Source of the DNA: Squalus acanthias
Taxonomy: Eukaryota
Assembly (NCBI GenBank): GCA_030390025.1
Contig: CM059446.1
Location: 42,284,001 to 42,348,000 of the forward strand
Length of the DNA: 64,000 nt
Direction: 5' to 3'
How positions within the stretch are numbered: position 1 is the first letter of the stretch; each line of letters starts with the position of its first letter. Of the stretch, positions 1-12,169 are shown piece by piece. Under the pieces are notes generated by a model that saw nothing but the letters and a program-made list of their open reading frames with translations, searched no databases and had not been told where the DNA came from. The translations under genes and the position numbers were made by a program.

Positions 1-1061
1 ACACATATGTATAAATACCCCTCCCTCAATAGGGAGGTGTGGGGCTATTTAAATATTGGGCAGAGGGCTGGGACAATGTCTCCCTTTGGTGCATATAAAG
101 CCTTTCACCCTTGGAAAAAAAACATGCTAAAGTTCGCTTGTACTAGCAGAAAGTAACTGGCTATTAAATGTTACATGTTTCGATTTATAATGGAAAAAAT
201 CAATAGCACTGGTTGACCGCGCCAATGTCAAAATTAGGCTCCATATGTTTAGTAAACTTGCTCATTGATTCATGCAATTCTTGTAATATTTTAAGAGGCA
301 CTATTATTTACACATTTAAAAAAAGTATATGATTTTAGAAGACTATTCAATTTATAAAGTGTGAATGAAATGGCTTTAAAGTACCTTCTATGCAATATGT
401 ATATTGCATTTAAGTTTAAAAACAAATTAATTGCAGTGAAATTTTGTATTTAAAAATTAAACATCAGCAAACATTCCGATCCGACTTTGTGGAAACACTC
501 AAATTTGATTTCTCAGCTGAACAGTTTCAATTTCTCAACAGCCTTCACAACCCTTTCATGTGAGAAGTTGAAGCATCTTTTCAAAGCTATGCACCTTTGA
601 CTTAGTTACACCCTAAAGGACCTCACACATCTGAGGGATTCTCATTCTTCTGAGAATAATCAATGAAGAGACACATCTTGCCTTACAATTTGATTAAATG
701 AAGAGAAATTAGTCAGCTCAAGCTTCGCATTTAGATGACCTCTTGTTTTGTGTAATGCTCGAAAACAAATCATTTGATTTTAAAAGTTGCTCACAATCCC
801 TTTAAAACAGTTCTACGCAATCTTTTTGTAACACTAATAAAGTTACTAACTTGAGAAATTCTACACTAGGTAGCCTTCCACTTCGAAATGTAGAAAACCA
901 ACAGATTCCCGATAAGGATAGACAAACATTCTGAATGTCTAATAAAACAAAAGATGTCCAAAGTAGAAATCCTTTGTTCTTGCAACGTTTTGTTTACATA
1001 AAGCAGCGCAAGAGCAGAATCAGGGCAGTTGGGTCCTTAAGACGGGAGTCTTCATTACAGG

Positions 1062-1296
1062 AATAAAAACAGAAAATGCTGGAAATACTCAGCAGGTCAG
1101 GCAGCATCTGTGGAGAGAGAAACAGAGTTAACGTTTCAGGTCGATGACCCTTCGTCAGAACTGGGTTCTGACGAAGGGTCATCGACCTGAAACATTAACT
1201 TTGTTTCTCGCTCCACAGATGCTGCCTGACCTGCTGAGTATTTCCAGCATTTTCTGTTTTTATTTCAGATTTCCAGCATCCGCAGTATTTTGCTTT
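1062..1296. mobile_element. Palindromic hammerhead-bearing mini-element, family A (Penelope-like pLTR remnant)
   Basis: 100-bp inverted arms (1062-1161 / 1165-1264, 3 mismatches) plus a 32-bp unpaired tail. Flanked by a 15-bp direct repeat agtcttcattac(a/g)gg at 1047-1061 and 1297-1311. Confidence 0.85.
1126..1162 (-). ncRNA. Minimal type I hammerhead ribozyme motif (family A, intact)
   Basis: Minus strand reads AGTT-CTGACGA-AG-GGTC atc GACC-T-GAAACGTT-AACT. Stem I AGTT/AACT, conserved core, stem II, palindromic AACGTT stem III, predicted GUU cleavage triplet. Confidence 0.75.
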
Positions 1297-2117
1297 AGTC
1301 TTCATTACGGGTACTTACTTCACAGTCTTGGCAGAAAATATGCTATTCTTCCGATTATCTAGCATGGATATGGTATAAACAGTGCTCAACCAGAATCAGA
1401 AAGGGATTTGCACGGATGTGCTTTATTGCTGATAAAGAGGATTGGTTCCCTATCCAGAAGTACTGCTGCAGTTTCCCGGGTATGTCCACATCTAGTCACT
1501 GTATAGATTTTCATTAATACAGTAACATGTAAAATGAATTCAGCAGCAGGCCATTACTAACGGTTTAACGATAGCCAGAGCACTTACTGATGGGCATTAC
1601 CATACATTAGCCAACCAGCATTTAGGTCACTCCAAAGAAAAGTGTATTACATTAATGATTTACAAAAGGTAAATATGGCAAGCTATTAACTGTGTTTACA
1701 AGTCATTCTAATATTTACTTATATCATTACTTGCTCATCCACCGGTCTTATCTTTCGTTTACTCAAACAGAATCTTACAGTCTTGCTGATAATTAATCAG
1801 ATAAAATTAGGCCTTTTTTTTTGATCTCACTGCACGGTGATAAAGCCTAATGCCATAAATTAAGTGCAATATTTTGAAGATGTCCCTTCATCAACTAATA
1901 GTGACCGACCTTTGGATTTCTAACAAACACATGGCCTCATTTCTGAAGCAAGGAACAGCAGATGCTTTGATGCTGCACTTATTTTCTGCTACAAAGAACC
2001 CTACAGTCTACAATCATACCAGATCTTGCAAAACCTGTATGGAGATTTGCTACAGCTTGGCCACATTTTCTCTTGGAAGAGCTACTACAGTTTGGACACA
2101 CAGCTACTCTTTTAGGT

Positions 2118-2591
2118 GAAAGAAAAAAAAATGAACTTAGATTTATAATGCGCCTTTCATGACCTCAGTATATCCCAAAGCGCTTTACAGTCAATGAAGT
2201 ACAGTACTTTTGAAGTGTAGTCACTGTTGTAATATAGGAAACGTGGCAGTCAATTTTCAAACAGCAAGGTCCCACAAACAGCAATCAGATAATGACCAGA
2301 TATTCTGTTTTTTTTTTAAAAAAAGTAATGCTGGTTGAGGGATAAATATTGGCCAGGACACCGGGGAGAACGCCCCTGATCTTCTTCGAATAGTTCCATG
2401 GAATCTTTTACGCCCTCTGAGGGGGCAGACGGGGCCTCGCTTTAATGATCATCTGAAAGATGGCACCTCCGACAGTGCAGCACTCCCTTAGTACTGCACT
2501 GTAAGTGTCAGCCTAGATTATGTGCTCAAGTCCCAGGAGTGGGACTTGAACCTACGATGTTCTGACTCAGAGGAAGAGTGCTACCATGACA
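2118..2591 (-). mobile_element. tRNA-derived DeuSINE (SacSINE1-like)
   Basis: Reverse complement of the SINEs at 26438 and 53194: tRNA-like head with B-box, Deu-domain-like core and LINE-like tail. Confidence 0.8.
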
Positions 2592-5500
2592 CCTTGGCCA
2601 TACTACATCTTTCAAAACACAACATAATTTTCATATAGTTCCAGTTCTCTTTGAACACTAAACACTTTCAATATTTTACATTTAAATCAAAAGATATAAC
2701 CAACAGAACAATCTGTCATTAATAATTTAGAGGGCCAATAATTAAAAAATAAAACCTATCTACATTATTGACACAAGTATGGGCAATTTTTTTATTTTTT
2801 TTTTAATTGTCAAACCAGCATCTATTCCTTCAATTTCCTTTAACAGTTTAGTGATATCTAATGTGTGCTGTATGTACAAATAATTTGAATAGTATATCGT
2901 AATTCAGTAAATAAAAGATTCTTTGATTCATAATTTTCATTCTTTTGAAACCATCAATTACTCAGGGGGGACAAAGTAGGATAATTTGAATTACATTTCA
3001 ATGCCCAGATCAAAAGCTGGTTTACATCTTACTCCAGTTATTCAACGGTGTAGGTGGCAGTGCTTAAAATTATGCAAGATTCTGGGTATTTAAATTTAAT
3101 TCATGTAAAAAAAAGACGATAAATAAAACAAAGGAATAAAGCTACGTTGAGAATATCACTTTATTGATTATAATCAGGAGATCAATAATGCACAGGATGA
3201 ATCATGACAAACTCCCTTAATAAAGAATTCCAATCAGCAATAATAGTGCTCTTATTCAATAATGCTTTCTCAAACCTATAGAAAAGCCTTTGCCTACTTT
3301 TCAATAGACCATTCCCCACCTTTTGTAGTATGTTCAGGCTGAAAAATCATTAGCAGCTGAAACTAAACCGTGTCATCTAGTGTCAACAACCGTTTACAGA
3401 CAGTAACCAACTCTCTTGAAGATAAAGTACATGGGCAAATCTCAGCACAATGGCTTCAGTGATTCAGCTACTTTATTCATACTTGACCTTCGTAACCAAT
3501 TGCATAGTAAAATTAACTGAAGCTTTGGACAGACATCTTGAATAAGATTAAACTGTAATGAATCATTTAGAGAGTTATCAGCAATAGGTAAAATGACAGG
3601 AGAATTACGTCCAAATTTAAAAAGCTACAAACATTCCAACCCTGATATCATTAAGCTCACAGCAGAGAATACATCATGTTTGCCATTATCTGTTCCTCTT
3701 TAGCCTCAACCTTCTAGCTCATGGTCCTGTGATAACCCACTGCATTTAAGACTTATCATTCCATTATAAATTTAGTGTTCCCCAGAGATAAGATTCCTCA
3801 ATGGCTTTCTCTTCAGCTCTAACATAGCACTCTTTGTCTATAAAACCGAATAGTACACGTCTATTCAGGAATTAAGAAAAATAAAAGCTCTTCACTTGGT
3901 AAACAGGGCTATTTGGACTTTGAAGCCCATTACTAGAATAGTCCCATGGCTACCAAAAACAGATTTCTTAATGATTGACAATTGACTTTCCTGTGCATCT
4001 CTCAAAATCATCAACAACATATACATCGTGCATCAATCAGTTCATAAACGTTTGTTTTTTTCTCCAGACTTCTCATTTCTACACGGTTAGAAGGGGAGGT
4101 AGTTGGGGCCCACCAGTGTCATTCTGTGGTCAGGAGTTTTTTTCTAACCTTGAGGTGGGTATTTTACTTGCACGAAATGGTCTGGTGTAATGAAGTGACA
4201 GGCAACTTTGGGGCTAGCAGGACCACACGGCTGGAAAGCCAGCAAATGCTACTCAGCTACCAACAGTTCACAGACTTTGTTGTGCAGGGGAATTGGCTCA
4301 AAAGTGGTTAGTTTTTATGCTAAATATTTATGGCATCCAACACATTTGTCAAAATATCTTCTCACCTTTAGTCGGTGAGATTTTAGGTATTTTAGGTTTT
4401 ATCTTTGGGTGCGTTACCTTCCCCAAGTGTGTAACTTTCTTAATCCGCGCCGCCCCCCCTCCCCCCAAAATACAATATATAGAATACCATGTTCTTGGAA
4501 AGTTTCCAGAACTTGAGCACTGAGAAATATAGGGCTATGGTACAGCACAAATTTCAAAAGCAAAGACAGAAGGCAACGGAAAGTACAAGATATTGAAGTA
4601 TTGGATTATGTTTGAGAGGTGAGGTAACATTTAAAGACTTCTGAACTCAAAATATTATGTTTAAGTAAAACACATGCAGTGTTGATCATGACAAAATATG
4701 CTAAGAATATACAATTACTCACAACTTCCTCTGGTCATCACGTGTATTAAAATTTAGAATATCTAACATTTTGACCTGTATGAAAAGTAAGCTTTCCCTC
4801 AGAATATTACTATCTCAACATATAATCAAGATATCACATATATGATTACAGATGGGACACATATATAAGGCGTTAATTAATGCTGCTTACGCAACAAAAC
4901 TTAGTTCAGCTCAATAAAAGCAGCATTACATTTTTATTTAAGAAGCTAGTTCATTTGTTCAGTGTGACTGCTAGACATGTTTTTACAAAATGTAAAAGTA
5001 TCTACAAGTGATAATTAGCTGGATTAAAAAAACGAACAAATTTACAGTTTATGCTCAATTAAATCTTTAGCTTTTTGTTGAAACTATTCAAAAATCCGGT
5101 ACACATCTTGAAGCTAACACACTCCTCAAAACAGAGCTACTTTTCAAATTGCGCTTTCAGAAGGTCACCAGAAAGGGTTGTGTCTCATTGTAAAATGGCA
5201 CGCTTCCATACAGGTGTTCTTAACTTTATTACATTTTCACACCTTGTTAACTCGCAGCAACTATTTAAACACAAACAGCTAGTAAAAGACTCCATTTCCT
5301 AACAATTTGCCTCCCCTTTTCATAGTACTTAGCCCAATTTGTGTTGTCTTTCAGGCCCACCCTGGCCTGTATAATTTTATTGCACCCTGGGAGACCATCA
5401 TTAAAGCAGGCCTCCAGTGCATAGGCTGAAATTACCAAAAAAAAACCACGAGCTCCACCCCAGCTCCTGTTATCATATCCCACTGAAAACAAATACAAAA

Positions 5501-6954
5501 ACTAAACATATCACTCTACATCAACAAACAAAAATGAACCCACATCTACTGTCCTGTAACTAATGGCTAATTACTAAAGCATAACTCTCAATGCTGTGTT
5601 GTGCTTTTCTAAAATGTTCTCTCCGTACCCTTCCCCCAAAGGCAATGGCTCACTCTGGGGTAGTTTCACGAGTGCTGGGAGCCCTTGGGTATTATGTCCA
5701 AGTGACCATTCTTCATGTAAAGGTCTAGAAAGTGGGTTTTGTTTTGCTATTCAACCATGGGGCATCAGAGCTGAACCCAATCCCATCTTCAACTGATGTC
5801 TACACATACATACACTTTCCAGCAGGGGCCATTAGACAGCAGTCAGGAGTGGCAATCTTGGATGATTTTTTCCCTCTTCCTAATATAAGAGCCACACGGC
5901 CAATTCCAGCACAAAACCCTGGCAACTAAACAACCACTGACAGCCCAACCGAGATCAGTCAAGCACAGGGCAGGGATCGAAAGCTGGGACTTTCCTGATC
6001 TGTATGGCTCAGTACAACACCATGCAGTGCATTTACATGCTGAGCCACTACAGTGCACTTTCCATGTTGTCAGTTTAAGACAGGGGTGTGTAACCTGTGT
6101 TGATAAGGACAACATAGGGCCCTCGAATCCTGGAAATCCAGTGCCTGAAGCCCAGGCGCCTCATTCCTGTTTTTACTATATTTTTTATTCGCTGATTTGT
6201 CCTGTGAGCATCGTGGTTTGGAAAGGTTATTCTTAGCAATGTTGTCCAATTGGTGGATTATTCGCATATCAGAAGATAACAGAAATATGCAAATGAATAG
6301 GAACACAGGTTAATTTTTTTTAATATCGCCCCAGGATCCATGGTACTCTCCTGTGCAGGCCAGAGAGACAAAAGATCAGCCAGCTCTGGTCTAAATGGTT
6401 TATTACTAATAGTTTCTCAGTTTTCAAACAGATTAGTTTTTAGTTATACAAAATTTCAGTCACATCATGTGGAGGAACAAAATAGGATTCTAAGATTTGC
6501 AGATGCAGAAGAATGTGCCCGCCAGCGGTCATAAATCCCAGCACATTAACCGTATATTTCTCTCTCTGGAAAATAGTAGAGGACACAACAAACTTGTGTG
6601 TATTGATGTTATATTTTTATCCAAAAAACCCTCAGAATCTCAGTGCATAAACAGGCAGCAAGTTAATGCACAAAATATATTACTGCTTCCTCAAGAACTG
6701 ACAATTGTAAAATCAGGATTAACACAATGGGGACCTTTGCCTCATCATTGTACATTGTATTTTTCCAATATAGAGTAAAACAACATGTAAATGCAAAACA
6801 AACAGAACCTACTATGCCCAAACCCATAGCAAGAATCCACCTCAACATTTCCAACAGGACAAATCTATAATTAGGTTTGAACACAGTATACTCACACTGC
6901 CACAGATCTCAATCCCAGTTTGCTGCTTTCCTTTTGTCCTTCTATTGAGTCCAT

Positions 6955-7560
6955 CACCTGTTTCCACCTCTAAAATATCACTTTCATCCATTTCTACCTC
7001 ACTACCCAGCAAAACCCTCATGGCTTAGTCACCTCTAGTCTGGTTTCTCCAATGCTCTCCTGACTGGTCTTCCAAGCTGTATCCTACAGAAACTTCCAAC
7101 TCATCCAGAACTCTACTGTCCATAACTTATTCCACACCAAGGCCTACCTACCACCCCATCCTCACCAACCTGCACTGGTTCCCTATTCTATCATGCATGG
7201 ATTCCAATATCCTTATTCTCATTTACAAATTGCTCTGTCATCTCCGCTATCTGCTCCAGCCCAACATCCCAGCTCAATATCTGCTCTTCTGATACTAATC
7301 TGTTGTGTATCCTTCCCATCCCTGCACTCCATCAGAGTCTTCAGCCATTGCAATCCTGCACTCTGGAATTATCTTCCTAAACCCCTCCAATCCAGCTGCA
7401 TTGATGTCCATCTTCAACAACCTCTTCAAAACCTACCTTTCTGACCTCTCCTTTGGTCACGTCGGCTAGCTTTTCTTCCATTTTCTACTCAAGGTCCGAT
7501 TCCTTCTCCCACCACCAACATGTGAAGTACTGTGGGCTGTGTTACAGATCCTACACATGC
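6955..7560 (+). mobile_element. Old degenerate L2 LINE 3' fragment
   Basis: ctcatccagaactct...ccccatcctcaccaacctgcactggttccc...ctctggaatt...cttcaaaacctacctttctgacc, resembling 23330-23775 in the opposite orientation. Confidence 0.6.
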
Positions 7561-10500
7561 TGTTGTCAGCATTAACACTCTTCTGGGACGGTGTTGCACG
7601 GGTGCCTTCCGCTAGATCATTATTTCTGTGAGCTTTGACAGTGACTGTCGACAGGATATTCAACTTCAAGGGGAATCACAACCGAGCCCATTCTGTCCTC
7701 AGCAATCGTCCACACACACGAAGTAGAGGTTGCGAGCTAGCACTCGGGAATGGGAATCCCAACCGATTTTCCTCTTCCCTAACGTGGGGTACTGAGGCCA
7801 ACTGCATGGTGGGAACAGCTAGTTCAGCAAAGCCGATATTTTACCGGTTTATGTATGGCTGCTCTTTCGATAAACCTGCGGAGCTTTTGGGAGAGCCCAA
7901 ATTCGTTTTTTTTTTACACTATACAGGCATGTCAATTTGGGACCGAAACTGATGCAATTCAGTAAGAAATTTAGCAGAAGAAAACATAAAATCTCAGTTA
8001 CTACAAATCCAAAATCACTCCACAATAACTGAAAATTTTTGTAAAGCATCTTAATGATTAGAATTGACCACAATCTGTACTTAAGAATGTTTACATTGAA
8101 CCTTAACACATCCCTTTGAATTTGGGCTTATTTTGAAATTCAATTTACCATTATGAAGCAATTTTACCACTCTTTAAGCATGAAGGCACAAACTTACATA
8201 AGCATGTGAGCTTAAAGAGTAGTGTTTAGTCCGGAACACTGATTATTTATAGATCAGTACTCATTACTGAACTGAATAAGTCCTCTCCAGGTCAGGGTGG
8301 GTAATCTAACAATCCACAGGCAACTCTGATCCACAAATCAAAGTGTCTAAACGACTGGATGCCATGATAAAGTGTTCCACTTTCCTAGTGTACAATACAG
8401 TGCTGATGAAATGTTAAAGAAAAACTGTAACAGAATTTTTAATTTTAAAAAAACTAAAAAATTGACTTATTTTTCACGTTATCTAGTTTGCATCCTGTAG
8501 TACCTTTTCCTGTCAGCAGGTATTGCCGTGGGAAATTTTTTGAAACAACTTAAAAATATTTAAAACTTTTTTTTATAAATGGTAAAGCTAACTTCAAAGT
8601 AGTTCAAAAACTATCCAATTAAAAACTTTTTTGCTTTTTATTTTCTCTTTACAGCTATTTTCAGATCGGATTTAAACATTAGCTAAATTTTAAATAGTTC
8701 CACTATTTTCTGCGTCCCATTGAATAGGAATGCAACAACTTCATGCATTCCGATTTGGTTGTAATCCACTGTAGTGAACATTCTCTAGGTCTAGAACACA
8801 TTACTGATATGCCCTTATTGCTAAGTCCAGCCTGCAAATAAACTCACAGGTATAACACTCAAATGATCTTATTATTGCTTCAAGGCTTGACTGATTAAAC
8901 TTCATTCATAAAGTGGGCCAGGGCTGCAAAAAGGTTGCATTTCTAAATCAGCATAGCCTGCCAGAGCAGAAACAGAACTTTATCTCGGTTCACAGGGAAG
9001 AGATAAAATCCTGGGGTTCTGGAGGTCAAAAGGCAGTGACTGGGACAAGTGCCTTAAGCAAACCATTCCCGTCTAACCTCCAGCTGGAATTTCATGACAA
9101 GACTGAGGAAACAAACTGATGTGGCGCATAATAAACCAGCTTACATACTGAAAACAAGAGGGGTGGTACTCAATTAAACCTCAACGTAATTTATCCTGAT
9201 TAAGCCAACCAACCCAATTAATTGGCTTTAATCAGAATAAAATGCCAAAATAAGGTCAAAAAACTATTTTTAATAAAGAGACAGTAAACACACAGGTGCC
9301 TGGGTTCTACAACATGCTTTCCAATTCCAGTGACTAGTCTGAGTGACAAAAGTAAAATATAAATGAACATTTCCTTTCTTGAAGCTGTGTCTTTGAGAGA
9401 TAGAGGGGTGTGGAGCAAAATGATGAATTCCTTTATACTCAGGTTATTAGCATCACACCTCCATCTAATTTTTATGTTTCTATATTAATCTTTTGCTTTG
9501 ACAGAAAAGTTTACATAAATAATTTTTTGTACGGCAAATATGGAGTCATTATTACATTTAGTGACTTTATTCTCCAAACATGTTTTACAAAGCACGAGCA
9601 TAGAGGCCAGTCCAGTTCAAAGTGCAACTTTTAAATTTCCATTTTTTAAAGTTAGGTAATTTCTAATGTTACGGTATAAAGGAATACGGTTTGAGCTTGG
9701 AGAGATGGAAAGTGCTTTTTTTTTAAATCCATTTAATGTTGAGTCAGATATGCCTAACCATTAACTCGGGGAAGAATTGGACCAAGAGGGAAGTGTAATG
9801 TGTGAAATGAGTGTCGACGCTAAGTTACACTTATTTTGGTTTGTAATATTACGATCAGTCTATTTCGTTTTTTTTTTAAGCAGAGCCAAAGTAGCTACTT
9901 CAGGAAGAATAAATAACATACAAGACTCTGGAATAGGAACAGAATCCAATCAATGGTTAGGTTTTGTTCTACTGTCTTCGTCCATTGTCCTGGACAGTTT
10001 TTTGCCTGGTTAAATGGTCAGCTGCCAGCCACCTGCTATGGCTGGAATGGCCACAGATGGTCAGTTGTCCAGTTAGTAGTTAAGAATGTGCTGTTGTTCC
10101 CACATCACACGGGGATTGAGGCCCTTGACAGGGATACGTGAATCTAAGCTCATCACCAAGCAACAGTCAAGGGCCACAGCCAAACAGTGACTGAGGTCAG
10201 ACTTAATAATTCCGCAATGACTTACACTTATAGATCATTCAGACCAAGGATTGCAAATGTAATAACATTCAGGTATTATTGTTCCTTTTCTTTGCTGAAG
10301 GATCACACTTGCGAGTCCTGACTACATGTGCTTATGTCATAAAAATAGCAGTTCCAATAATATGCTAGAAGTATTCAAAACTCTTACATTTGGATACACT
10401 GGAAAAAAAATCAAAACTACAAAGTTTTTCTAAAGCTTATAAATAGACAAAGATCTGAATTGAACACGACCTGAAATTGTATCCTAACACCCATTACTAA

Positions 10501-11980
10501 GTGTGTTTAAAGCAAAACTAAAAGTGGTCCAGTGTATATCTCTGTTACACCAAGTCTAGGATACGGATTTTGCACTTCAGCTTCCAAATCCACAAAAAAG
10601 GGTTTGGGGAAATTGGGTCATTTATAACTGCTTGTGAAAAGCTTTACTGCAGATGGACAGAAACCGACTTGCAGCTATACTGCGATCTGGCTCTGCACAA
10701 GCTGGGCACAAACCTTAGTTCTGATTTAGCACAATGTGTTAAAAGCTTGGAATAGTTACGTGGCACTGCAAGAACCAGATCATTTCAGGTGGTCTGGAAG
10801 CAAAAATGCAGAACAACTGTGCTAAAGGATTGTGTTGACAGAGAAGGTTGTGTAAATAATTCACAACATAAAAAAAAAGCCTCTTCAGGAAGGGCTGACA
10901 TGTAAATGATACTATACAATACACAAACCTCTTTTCTAAGTCTCACTATTTTCGTAGTGCTAAATTTAAAAATATATTTTCAACTTATTTTCATTTGTAA
11001 TTTCTGCAGCAACACGAAGTTGGTTAAAAAGATGTAATGGAGCATTAACAAGAAGGTAGAAATGTTCAACCGTGGTATTTTCAAATGAAGGGCGAACACT
11101 TGTGGAGTTACTGAAGTGATAAATTCTTGTCCCAGACAGAAGAATGAACAGATAATGTCCTGACTCAAATCCTCCCACTTTTAGTGGAGGCAAGGAAGGA
11201 GAGGAATTAAAAGCATCGTTCAAACACATCAGCAATCCAATTCCACTTATTCTGAAAAGCAGGTATGGCACACAAAAGTTCAAGCTTCTACCCATTTACA
11301 ATTTTACAGTAGCTGCAGTCATCAGACTACCCGAGTAAATGCTTTAAAGCTATTTATACCTTCAGAACACAGATGTGACTTGCATCTTGAGTTCCAGCTC
11401 CTTAGAAGTCTAGGAGAAAGCTAGCCATTTCAGTAAAAAAAAAAAAATTTTTTATTTCTGACCACTGGCTGAAAATAATTCTTAAGTTTTCCATTTATAA
11501 ACATTGAATAGCTTTCCCTGAATAGAATACCAGGATTTTTTTCTCAGACCTTTTAGTAAGTACCCTGTGCCAAGCAACTTGTTTGGTGTTAATAAACTTC
11601 AATGTGGAGCTGATCCAGAGGGAAAATTAAATTTCACCCCCTCCCCCACCCTTGGGGATTTCCAGCACAACTGAAGCCTAGAATAAGTATACAATGAAGG
11701 AAACGGTACTAGAAACAGGGTAATGGGGTGTGGAGATGAGAAGAAGGTTGAGAAACCTTCAACCAATATGTATAAAACACAAGCACAGCAAATATTTCCA
11801 AACAGATTTGGGTACCTCTTTAAAAAAAATTGTTGAAACAAATCTATACTTTTCCCCTGGCAAAGAATGAAAAATAAAGAAGAACCACTTAAATCTGGGG
11901 AGTCAAAAGTACTGACACTAAAACTTCTACAGGTAGAGACTGCACATTAAGACTAAACGAAGTATCTGAACATTACATAC

Positions 11981-12169
11981 CTAGTCCACTGATGGTATAA
12001 TGGGAATCTTGCATGCCGAGTCCAATTGGCCCAGTTTCCTGCTGACTTTCTTCCCTATAGAAGAGTCGATATCCCTGGATGTGCACACTGTTTTCCTCCG
12101 CTTGCTTCCACCTTACTGTAATGGTTGTGCAGTTCAATGGCTCTAAACGCAGCTCTGGGGCCAAGGGGA
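11981..12169 (-). CDS. PRTG: Protogenin exon (approx. exon 11), FN3-3 N-terminal part
   Basis: [66 protein letters not shown] acceptor, GTATGT donor, 189 bp. Confidence 0.96.

Noticed and set aside
1062-1296. Interpretation of the palindromes as MITEs, pre-miRNAs or CRISPR repeats
   Set aside because: Variable 8-15-bp TSDs, a one-sided tail, single-arm copies and hammerhead cores fit retrotransposition better. There is no repeat-spacer array, and the DNA is eukaryotic.
994-1362. Near-identical ORFs on opposite strands (MTLRQN…PETLTLFLSPQMLPDLL), also at 42813-43232
   Set aside because: By-products of the palindromic repeat, with no protein-family features or splice support.
1-11980. Expected next PRTG exon (DPRRKYHVRLLAY-like)
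   Set aside because: Not found by eye on the minus strand; probably outside the window. tBLASTn would settle it.
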